Positions 9,762-17,865 of a stretch of 52,161 nt of DNA are shown here, in pieces. A program made the translations under genes and the position numbers. The stretch's first letter is position 1. Every line of letters starts with the position of its first letter. The notes under the pieces are model-generated. The model did not search any database and was not told the origin of the DNA. It saw only the letters and a list, made by a program, of their open reading frames with translations. The stretch lies in assembly GCA_964470175.1 (NCBI GenBank), contig CAYYBL010000003.1:1-52161 (forward strand). The letters are read 5' to 3'. This DNA is from an uncultured Lachnospiraceae bacterium (GTDB lineage Bacteria; Bacillota; Clostridia; TANB77; CAG-508).

Positions 9762-11681
9762 TTACGCCTCCATAATTATTGGTAAAATCATTGGATTTCT
9801 TTGTGTTTTCTTAAACACAAAATCCTTTAGAGAATCTCTTATAGATGTCTTAAATGAATTCCAATCAGTATTTCCACTTTCAAAACATTTCATTATTTCT
9901 ACATTTACTAAGTCCTTTACCTCTTCCATAAGATTTTCAGACTCTCTTACATAAACAAAACCTCTTGAAATAACATCTGGTCCTGCAACTATTTGTTTAG
10001 ACTTATCCATAGTAAATACAACAATTATAAGTCCATCTTGAGATAAATGCTGTCTATCACGAAGTACTATATTTCCTACATCTCCAACTCCAAGTCCATC
10101 AACAAATATGCTTCCAGAAACCACAGAAGTTGTAAGTTTTGCTTCTCTTTGGTCAAGCTCAAGTACTTTTCCATTTTTCATCAAAATAATATTTTCAGCA
10201 GGTATTCCAACCATTCTTGCAGTATTTCTGTGTGCAATAAGCTGTCTATACTCACCATGAACTGGTATAAAGTATTTTGGTCTTACAAGAGATAGCATAA
10301 GTTTTTGTTCTTCTTGGCATGCATGTCCTGATACGTGTACATCTGCAAGAGAACTATATATAACTTCTGCCCCTATTTTCATAAGATCATCAATTACCTT
10401 TGCAACAAATTTTTCATTTCCTGGTATAGGAGTAGCTGAAAGTATTACAAGGTCATTTGAATTTATATTTACCTTTCTATGTTCACCATTTGCCATTCTT
10501 GTAAGTGCTGACATAGGTTCTCCCTGACTTCCTGTTGTGATTATCACAAGTTGGTCATCTCTATAGTTTTTAAGTAAATCAATATCTATGAATGTATCTT
10601 TAGGAGCATGTATATAGCCAAGTTCAACAGATGTTTCTATCATCTTAACCATGCTTCTTCCACAAACAGCTATTTTTCTGTCATTTGCAACTGCAGAGTT
10701 AACTATTTGTTGAACTCTATGCATATTTGAAGCAAATGTTGCCACAACTATTCTCTTTTTGCAATTTGTAAATAACTTATCAAACACCTCTCCAACAGTG
10801 CTTTCAGACATTGTATATCCTTTTCTTTCAGCATTTGTACTATCTGAAAGAAGTGCAAGTACTCCTTTATTTCCAAGTTCTGCAAATTTTCCAAGATCAA
10901 TTTTTTCAGAATCAATAGGAGTATAATCTATCTTAAAGTCACCAGTATGTACTACTACTCCTACTGGAGTATGTATAGCAAAAGCTACAGAATCTGGTAT
11001 ACTATGACAACTTCTTATAAATTCAACTTTAAAGCATCCTGCATCAACTGTGTCTCCTTGATTTACTTCATGTAAGTCAGCCATACTCAATAGCTTATGT
11101 TCTTCAAGTTTGTTTTTTATAAGTCCTATAGTAAGTCTTGTAGAATATATAGGAACATTAATTTTTTGAAGAAAATATGCAATTGAACCTATATGATCTT
11201 CATGTCCATGCGTGATAAATAATCCTTTTATCTTATCTTTGTTATTTACAAGATATGTAAAATCTGGTATTACAAGGTCTATACCAAGCATATCATCTTC
11301 TGGAAATGCTATACCACAGTCTACTATTATTATTTCATTTTCATACTCAAAGACTGTAATGTTTTTTCCTATCTCTTCTATACCACCAAGTGGTATAATC
11401 TTAAGTTTTGACCTCTTAAAAGTATTATTTAAGAAAAACTGTCCTTGCAATGTCTCATCCAAAGACTTTTTAGGTTTTTTAATTTTTTCTCTTGGTTTCT
11501 TTTTCTCATCCTTTTTTTCAACATCAGCTAGTATACTCACATTTTTCTTCTTTTTTATCTTTGGTTTTTCTCCAAATTCTTGTGTTTTATTTTTCTTAAA
11601 ATTTGGATTTTTATGAAACTTTTTTTTCTTTTTTCTAATTTCATTATTTGGATTTAAATTTTCATTTGTGTTCTCATCCAT
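9762..11681 (-). CDS. rnj: Ribonuclease J with a Lys-rich N-terminal extension
   Basis: Metallo-beta-lactamase HGHEDHIG and a beta-CASP layout. The LKIIPLGGIEEIGKN start of the conserved core lies about 90 aa into the ORF. SD GAGAGGAGAA. Confidence 0.92.
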   Translation of the reverse strand: MDENTNENLNPNNEIRKKKKKFHKNPNFKKNKTQEFGEKPKIKKKKNVSILADVEKKDEKKKPREKIKKPKKSLDETLQGQFFLNNTFKRSKLKIIPLGGIEEIGKNITVFEYENEIIIVDCGIAFPEDDMLGIDLVIPDFTYLVNNKDKIKGLFITHGHEDHIGSIAYFLQKINVPIYSTRLTIGLIKNKLEEHKLLSMADLHEVNQGDTVDAGCFKVEFIRSCHSIPDSVAFAIHTPVGVVVHTGDFKIDYTPIDSEKIDLGKFAELGNKGVLALLSDSTNAERKGYTMSESTVGEVFDKLFTNCKKRIVVATFASNMHRVQQIVNSAVANDRKIAVCGRSMVKMIETSVELGYIHAPKDTFIDIDLLKNYRDDQLVIITTGSQGEPMSALTRMANGEHRKVNINSNDLVILSATPIPGNEKFVAKVIDDLMKIGAEVIYSSLADVHVSGHACQEEQKLMLSLVRPKYFIPVHGEYRQLIAHRNTARMVGIPAENIILMKNGKVLELDQREAKLTTSVVSGSIFVDGLGVGDVGNIVLRDRQHLSQDGLIIVVFTMDKSKQIVAGPDVISRGFVYVRESENLMEEVKDLVNVEIMKCFESGNTDWNSFKTSIRDSLKDFVFKKTQRNPMILPIIMEA

Positions 11682-11988
11682 TATTTAATTTCTCCTCTCA
11701 TTTTTTTGAACTTAACGTAAAAATAAGCCTTAAAAAGACTTATTTAAAAAATAAAATATTTAGTTCAATCAAAAAAACATAAACAAAAGAAGGTTATACA
11801 TGTACGGCCCCATAACCCTAAATCTTTATATTCAATTTTCCAAATGAAATAAAACAATTTAAGAAATATAATTTCGAACTTCCTTAAATTTAAATTTTAT
11901 TTTTTAATTTATAAATCTCATTAAATTCTGCAAATATTATACAACAATATGATGCAAAAAGTCAAGAATATGAGATTTTATAAATAAT

Positions 11989-12768
11989 CTACCAATCACT
12001 ATCCCAATCTGTCGAACTTGAATCCCATGAATCAGATGAATCCCAAGAATAATCATCTGAATCTGATGAAGAAGAACTATGTTCTTCAAGGTAGGTAGAA
12101 TATGCACTTGAAGAATAAAAATCTGTAGCACGACTACTATCTAAAGTACTTTCTCTATATTCTTCATAGTTCTTTTTTAAGTCTTTATCTGGAATACTAC
12201 ATTCTCTCCACTCATCGTAATAATCATCATATCTAAACCACGAGTTATTATAACAATAATAGTAATCATCATTATATGGATAATATCCATTTCTTTTAGA
12301 TTCTGACACAGTAGTAAAAATTAAAAATGAAGACACTGTAACAAATACGGCAAAAAACAAAGCAAGTGGCCTAAAAGATTTTCTTCTATTAGAATTTGAT
12401 TTATTATGTGTTTCATGATTTGATTCATAGTTTTTAGGATTATTGTGTTTTTGATTCCATATCTCATCTTTAAGTCTTTTATATAATTCATTTACAGCAT
12501 AAGCTTCATCTTTTCCAGAATATCTTATAGCTCTTGATCCATCACCTTTATTTTTGTATACGACAAATTCTCCAGTTTCCTCATCTTTATATATACCAAA
12601 AGCCTTAGCACCTTGATAATCTTTTCCAATAAAAAACCTTGTCGTTTTTTCATCTGGCAAATTATGGTCAACATACCACTTCTTTAGTTCTTCAATAGTT
12701 TTTGGATCTTTTGAAATATTTATTTTTTCATCTTCAGTATTATTATCCATTTTGCACAACATCTCCAT
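11989..12768 (-). CDS. Hypothetical single-pass membrane protein with an acidic Ser/Asp/Trp C-terminal tail
   Basis: 259 aa. One TM segment (PLALFFAVFVTVSSFLIFTTV). Tyr/Asp-rich segment, then the tail SSSSSDSDDYSWDSSDSWDSSSTDWDSDW. The start could instead be the ATG at codon 7 (GGAGA 11 nt upstream). Confidence 0.65.
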   Translation of the reverse strand: MEMLCKMDNNTEDEKINISKDPKTIEELKKWYVDHNLPDEKTTRFFIGKDYQGAKAFGIYKDEETGEFVVYKNKGDGSRAIRYSGKDEAYAVNELYKRLKDEIWNQKHNNPKNYESNHETHNKSNSNRRKSFRPLALFFAVFVTVSSFLIFTTVSESKRNGYYPYNDDYYYCYNNSWFRYDDYYDEWRECSIPDKDLKKNYEEYRESTLDSSRATDFYSSSAYSTYLEEHSSSSSDSDDYSWDSSDSWDSSSTDWDSDW

Positions 12769-12784
12769 TATAAATTTTAAATAA

Positions 12785-13048
12785 TCATTTATTTACAATT
12801 TTGGTTATTATAGGTCTCAATATTTCTTCATCAGTAATAATCGATATATTATCATCTTCTCCAACTTCCATTAATAGAAGACTCGATTTATCTGAAACTA
12901 TTAAATCATCTTTTACTTCTTTAAACGGTGCAACTAAAATATATTGCTTCCCTTCATTTACAGTTTCTCCGATTACAATAACATTATCCATGCTTTCATT
13001 TTCAAATTTTAATATACTTCCTTGTTCATATTTTGGGTCTATAGCCAT
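12785..13048 (-). CDS. Small acidic protein, tentatively DUF1292-like
   Basis: 87 aa. Starts 1 nt after the upstream stop. The GKQYILVAP ... DDEEI layout resembles DUF1292, recalled from memory only. Confidence 0.55.
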   Translation of the reverse strand: MAIDPKYEQGSILKFENESMDNVIVIGETVNEGKQYILVAPFKEVKDDLIVSDKSSLLLMEVGEDDNISIITDEEILRPIITKIVNK

Positions 13049-13049
13049 A

Positions 13050-13493
13050 TTACTTATCCTTTCTTAAAAACAATGATTTTATTTTGTTAATAATTCTTTT
13101 TAACAAAGTTTCCTTCTCTATTTTTATTAATTCTGTTTTCTCTTCCTCGATATTTGCTTTTTCTTTCTTTTCAAATAATTCATCTCCTGATTTTATGCTA
13201 CTTCTAATTTTCATTTCATAATCAACACATGTTTTTTTAATTATTCTCTTAGTCTCTTCATCAGCTACTGGATAATAAGTATACGTAATAAATGCTTTTG
13301 TCATTGGTAGAATATCTTGATCATTTAACCTTTTATCATTATCATACTTAAACACATACTGTCCTTCATATGTTTCAATAAATTTTCTTATTTCTTCAGG
13401 AAATTTCATATAAATATCATTATCAATATGTTTGAAAATTTCATGTAACTCAGAAAGCATTCTATCTTCTTCTCTTGTATACTCTTTTACCAT
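13050..13493 (-). CDS. Hypothetical helical protein, paralog of 48222..48659
   Basis: 147 aa. AAGGAGAAAG SD. It aligns by eye with the 48.2-kb ORF: (D)Y.K(F/I)P..I..FIE...Y.F.YD..KRL.DQ...TK, and C-terminal KRIINKIKSLF versus KRIINKLKSLF. Confidence 0.75.
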   Translation of the reverse strand: MVKEYTREEDRMLSELHEIFKHIDNDIYMKFPEEIRKFIETYEGQYVFKYDNDKRLNDQDILPMTKAFITYTYYPVADEETKRIIKKTCVDYEMKIRSSIKSGDELFEKKEKANIEEEKTELIKIEKETLLKRIINKIKSLFLRKDK

Positions 13494-13507
13494 AATCTTT
13501 CTCCTTA

Positions 13508-15027
13508 TTATCTATCTACTTCTATTACTTGACTGTCTCCAGATTCTTGATCTTTATAAATAGTCTCTCCAAAGACTGTAACTTTTCCTATATATTCATG
13601 ACCAAGTATTCTCTCTAATATTTTAATTACAGCATGTATGTCACCATAAGTAGATTCCACTTCTGCTATTTCATCTGCCGTAACAACATGCATACCTTCC
13701 CCAACCTGATGTCCTTCTAACGTCTTTATATCTGTATCATAATCAACTGATATATAAAATTTTTTCTCACTTTGCCATATTTTTACTGGTTTTCCAAATA
13801 ATTCCATATCAATTACATACTTTTCTGTAGTTGTACCACTATCTGGTGCCACCTCATCAAATAACACCTCTGGACCTTTAAGTACACCAAGCGTACTGCT
13901 AAGTGATAAAATATCCCTTTCTAAATTTTCCATTGCAATTCCATATTCTTCATTTTCAATTTTTGCTCTTTCTATTTCACCTGCTGTTCTTTTATCTCCA
14001 CCGCCAATTGAATAAGCTTCTTCAGCCTTTTCATTATACTCTTTGAATAATTGCTCATTTTCCATATAAATTCGAAGTTCTTCCTTTTTTGCTTCAGTAA
14101 TCCTTTCAATTGCTGCTTTCTTTTCTGCATCTGTAGCATTAGGATCTTGGATTACTTCTTCAGCATCATGTATTATTTTTTGTTGCTCATTAAACTCTTG
14201 AGTAATCTCCATAATTTCATCTTCTTGTCTCGCTCTTTCTTCTGGAGTTTCTCTTTCAAATTGCTTCCTTCCTTCATCTGTGACTTGTATTTCACCTTCA
14301 TACCTATCTTTTTGTGCACTGATTAATTCTCCCGGATTTTTGATAACAGATCCTGGTATTGTTATAGTCTCTCCTTCTATTTCAGTTGTTAGTATATCAG
14401 ATACACTTTCAACATTAGCTTTATCTCCTCTTTGAATTTCAGTTTCTCTTCTTTCAACTCTAGTCGTTGCAATGGCTCCTATAAGTATCGTTGCTGCAAG
14501 TAAACTACTTCCTATTCTTACTGCCTTTCCTAAAAACACTCTTTTTTTCTTTTCATCTTCATCTTTCTCTTCTTGCTTTTCTTTACCTTGCTTAGATTTT
14601 GGAGTCTGACTATATGTTCCTGTATGACCACTGCCACCATATCCGCCTCCTAAGCGATCTGAACTATTTCCCCTTCTACTAGTTCCACTTCCTGTATAAC
14701 CAATGCCTCTCGCTTTTCCTTCACGACTAGAACCAGTATGTCCTGATTTACCTTTTCCTTTTTCAGAATCACGACCTTTATTACCAGTGCCTCTAGCTTC
14801 TCCTTCACGACTAGGACCTGTGCGCCCTGATTTGCCCTTTTCTTCTTCTATTTTCTCACCATTAACCCTACAAATTGCTACAATATCATCAATTGTAATT
14901 TCTTCTCGTACCTCTTCTGGTAAGTCCTCAGAATCAACTTTTATAATAAATCTATATCCTGCTTTTCTTCCTAATCCTTTCTTTACTTTTTCTTTTCTTG
15001 ATCTGGAATTATATAATCATCTTTCAT
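13508..15027 (-). CDS. Membrane protein (about 506 aa if joined) with a Gly/Arg/Ser-rich repeat region; needs a -1 frameshift or one extra A at 14986-14997
   Basis: GGAGAGGA SD plus ATG (15027) opens a 14-codon ORF, MKDDYIIPDQEKKK*. The -1 frame is open from 15016 to 13508 and has no ATG/GTG/TTG before the GTG at 14539. The repeat units differ mostly by changes that are synonymous in this frame. TM segment IGSSLLAATILIGAIATT. Confidence 0.6.
14704..14836 (-). repeat. Two ~49-nt coding repeat units with 84-nt period (GKSG-x-TG-x-SREG-x-ARG-x-G)
   Basis: Units 14704-14752 and 14788-14836 differ at 8 of 49 nt. In the minus frame 7 codons differ and 4 of those are synonymous. Confidence 0.8.
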
Positions 15028-15148
15028 TTGTTAAATCCTCTCCATACAACTATTCGATTATATAATACGTTTTAACTACTGCTATTACAATTACATTCCC
15101 ATGTCTTTTTATTCTCATTTCAGTTTCGAGGCATTTCCTATAAAACAG

Positions 15149-15186
15149 AAAGGCGGAGGGTACATTCTGTACCTTCCGCCTTTTTG
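15149..15186 (-). terminator. GC-rich Rho-independent terminator of the 15188..15640 gene
   Basis: 12-bp stem GGCGGAGGGTAC/GTACCTTCCGCC (15152-15163 / 15169-15180). On the minus strand it is followed by TTTCTGTTTT. Confidence 0.75.
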
Positions 15187-15187
15187 T

Positions 15188-15640
15188 TCAAAATGCTAAT
15201 GCAGCTGCCGCGAAAATCGGCTGTTTTGAGCTTTTGGAAGCTTTGAATCCACGCGTAGAAACCTTCGTGGTTGTGAGCAAATTGTCCATGGAACTCAGGA
15301 AGAACCTGTGATACACAGTTTCCCAATCCACGTCGGACTGCTTTGCACTCACATACAGCATTCCCGGTTTCACGAGATCATCAGCTTTTACCTGCTTCAC
15401 GACAATTTTCTCACCGTATCCATTTGCAGATACGATAACCCTCAGAAAGTCTGCCCACGTTTTCTCATCCGGAATTGAGATGAGTACGGCTTTTCCGAGT
15501 TTTAAATTCATGAGCATTTCGTTGTCGAGTTCAGCAAATGATTTGCTTATCTCATTCCTGAGATCCCGGCTCCTACGTATATATGCTGCTTCAATCTCTT
15601 CGTGTGTCATCAAAAAGTTCCCTAATGTTGCTCCGTTCAT
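15188..15640 (-). CDS. Hypothetical protein on a higher-GC island
   Basis: 150 aa. GATGGAGGAC SD. 29/60 GC in line 15301-15360. Ends ...KQPIFAAAALAF. Confidence 0.7.
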   Translation of the reverse strand: MNGATLGNFLMTHEEIEAAYIRRSRDLRNEISKSFAELDNEMLMNLKLGKAVLISIPDEKTWADFLRVIVSANGYGEKIVVKQVKADDLVKPGMLYVSAKQSDVDWETVYHRFFLSSMDNLLTTTKVSTRGFKASKSSKQPIFAAAALAF

Positions 15641-15714
15641 AATAGTCCTCCATCTTTCTGTAAAACTGCGAATTTCAATAAGTTACTATTATATTATACC
15701 ATTTATAAAGAATA

Positions 15715-15755
15715 AAGTCAATTATGGTTACCTTTTATGTAAACATAATTGACTT
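15715..15755 (-). terminator. Terminator after the ROK kinase gene
   Basis: 12-bp stem AAGTCAATTATG/CATAATTGACTT. T-rich tract downstream on the minus strand. Confidence 0.55.
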
Positions 15756-15789
15756 TTACTTTTATATTTAGTATTTTCTATAAATTTAT

Positions 15790-16695
15790 TTATACATCTA
15801 TTGTAGATCCTATTATTCCAGCATCATTTTTAAAAGCTGCTGTTTTAAATATAGGAAGTTCTTTATTAAATGTTCTATTTGGTTTTTTTAATTCTTCCAT
15901 AAGCATTTCATATACTGGATGATTCTCATAATATGAAAAACTTCCTCCAAAACACACTATCTCTGGTTCAAAGATATCAATAAGATTTCCAATTCCTATA
16001 GCCAGGCAGCAAACCCAATCTTCTATATCTTCTTTAAGCTCTTCCCAATGCTCTTTCATCAGTGTCTCTCTCATGTACTTTCCAGACAAATCTGATATAT
16101 CAATATTTAACCTATCTCTGATTCTATATTTCATAGACCTTATAGATCCATATCTTTCAAAGCATCCTCTTTTTCCACATGAACATTCAATACCATCTTT
16201 TAGCACTGTCATATGTCCAAACTCAAATCCAGAAAATCTTTTTGGCTCTAAGAAATTTCCATTAATAAACGCTGCTCCACCAATACCTGTCCCAATATTT
16301 ATAAATACAGCATCATCATAATCTTTAAGAATGCCGTATTTTTTTTCTGCAAGTGCAGCACACTTTCCATCATTTCTAACTCTTACTCTCTTATTATACT
16401 TGTTTGCAAGTATAGATTGAAGATCAAACCAATCAAGCTTTAGATTCCATGACCTTATTTTTCCACTTGCAATAGTACCAGGAGAAGCAGCTCCTATCGC
16501 TTCTATTTTGTCCATGCTTATATCATTTTCTGTAATAATCTTATAAATAAGTTCATCAATATTTTTCACTATTGCATTCTTACTATCTAGCAAATCTTCT
16601 GGAGTAAAATATTTATTTTCAACTATTATGAGCTTATCGCCTTCTATAAGTCCAACACCTACATGGCTTCCCCCAAGATCTATACCTATCTTCAT
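15790..16695 (-). CDS. ROK-family sugar kinase (glucokinase-like)
   Basis: N-terminal IGIDLGGSHVGVGL and the ROK zinc motif CSCGKRGCFERYGS. Confidence 0.85.
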   Translation of the reverse strand: MKIGIDLGGSHVGVGLIEGDKLIIVENKYFTPEDLLDSKNAIVKNIDELIYKIITENDISMDKIEAIGAASPGTIASGKIRSWNLKLDWFDLQSILANKYNKRVRVRNDGKCAALAEKKYGILKDYDDAVFINIGTGIGGAAFINGNFLEPKRFSGFEFGHMTVLKDGIECSCGKRGCFERYGSIRSMKYRIRDRLNIDISDLSGKYMRETLMKEHWEELKEDIEDWVCCLAIGIGNLIDIFEPEIVCFGGSFSYYENHPVYEMLMEELKKPNRTFNKELPIFKTAAFKNDAGIIGSTIDV

Positions 16696-16709
16696 AAATT
16701 ACCTCTTAT

Positions 16710-16898
16710 CTATTGTGCATTTTCCGTATTTGTTTCCTCTACTGTATTTGATGGCCCAAGAAAAACCTCTTTTTGTTCTTCAACCGTTTCATGCAAAGAT
16801 TCTTTTTCTAATATTCCAGAATCTGCTACTAAATACACTCCTACTCCAAATAAGAAAAATAATATTATCATTAGAATTAAAAATTTAAAATATCTCAA
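16710..16898 (-). CDS. Small membrane protein (TTG start)
   Basis: 62 aa. N-terminal TM FKFLILMIILFFLFGVGVYLV. 14-nt gaps to both neighbours. Weak SD. Confidence 0.45.
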   Translation of the reverse strand: MRYFKFLILMIILFFLFGVGVYLVADSGILEKESLHETVEEQKEVFLGPSNTVEETNTENAQ

Positions 16899-16912
16899 AT
16901 TATATTCCTATC

Positions 16913-17284
16913 CTACTTTCCTTTTTCTTCAAAAAATGTTTCTTTTTCTTTGGTCTCATCTTTTTTCTCTTCTGTCTCTGCACTAAAATAATTTGTAAAA
17001 GGATCTTTTTTTCCTGTATCATATTTTTTATCATCATTTGAATCAGTCTTTACCTCTATATTTACAGGATTAAATCTTTCATTCGTTCTAATATCACTCT
17101 GAGATGTCTTACTTTTTATCTCTGCAAGTGCGTTTGCAGTTTCTTCATTTTTTACATAGCTTATACCATCTATATTTTCATTTTCAGCAGGTACTACACC
17201 ATAAAGTAATACTCTTACTATAAACACTGAACAAAGTGCTAATGAACCTATAACTATAATATTTCTCAATTTTTCCTTATCCAT
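16913..17284 (-). CDS. Membrane-anchored hypothetical protein in the pil operon
   Basis: 123 aa. N-terminal TM IIVIGSLALCSVFIVRVLLYGV. Starts 3 nt after the pilO-like stop. Confidence 0.6.
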   Translation of the reverse strand: MDKEKLRNIIVIGSLALCSVFIVRVLLYGVVPAENENIDGISYVKNEETANALAEIKSKTSQSDIRTNERFNPVNIEVKTDSNDDKKYDTGKKDPFTNYFSAETEEKKDETKEKETFFEEKGK

Positions 17285-17287
17285 ATT

Positions 17288-17848
17288 TTACCTTTCAATA
17301 GCAACACTTGGTACTAAAAAGGTTGCTTCCAAAACTCCATTATTATTCTTCATTTCAAAATCATTTATAGAAAACTTTAAAAAACCATCTTCTTCAATTT
17401 GTTCTATAAAATTTGTTATATTGTGGTAATCACCTTTTACTTCAAATCTCAAATCACAATAAACATATTTGTCTGATAGAGCTGTTACCTTATCTGACTC
17501 AGTATAATCATAATGTACAGTGACAGCATTTTTTTCTGCAAAATTTTTTATATTTTGTTTCAAATTATCACTATTTATAATTAACATAGAACTTTCAATG
17601 TTTGCAGACAAAGCATCATATGCCTTTTTATTTTCTTCATATGATTTTACTTCTTCTGATAAATTAGAATTTGCTTTTTCAAAATCACTTTTATTCATAT
17701 TATTTAGTTGACTTTGCAAACCTTGAGTCTCAGCAACTGTTTGCTTTATTGAGCCATAGCTATATCCTATTTTTGAGCCACATAGTATTACTAAAAGTCC
17801 GACTAAAAATAAGAATACCGAAAGCCCTATCATTAAGTATTTTCTCAT
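17288..17848 (-). CDS. pilO: PilO-like type IV pilus assembly protein
   Basis: 186 aa. N-terminal TM, then a coiled coil, then a C-terminal alpha/beta domain. Lies directly downstream of the PilM-PilN fusion. Confidence 0.55.
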   Translation of the reverse strand: MRKYLMIGLSVFLFLVGLLVILCGSKIGYSYGSIKQTVAETQGLQSQLNNMNKSDFEKANSNLSEEVKSYEENKKAYDALSANIESSMLIINSDNLKQNIKNFAEKNAVTVHYDYTESDKVTALSDKYVYCDLRFEVKGDYHNITNFIEQIEEDGFLKFSINDFEMKNNNGVLEATFLVPSVAIER

Positions 17849-17865
17849 TTATGATATCCTTTCAA

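Noticed and set aside
11937-12131. 64-aa, 62-aa and 61-aa minus-strand ORFs at 11937..12131, 15138..15326 and 34854..35039
   Set aside because: They are alternative frames overlapping better-supported genes or a terminator. They have no SD and implausible composition.
14703-15065. 120-aa plus-strand ORF with a repeated PLA.PSRL.PV.PDLPF sequence
   Set aside because: It is the mirror image of the minus-strand Gly/Arg repeat. Differences between the repeat units are mostly synonymous in the minus frame and non-synonymous in this one.
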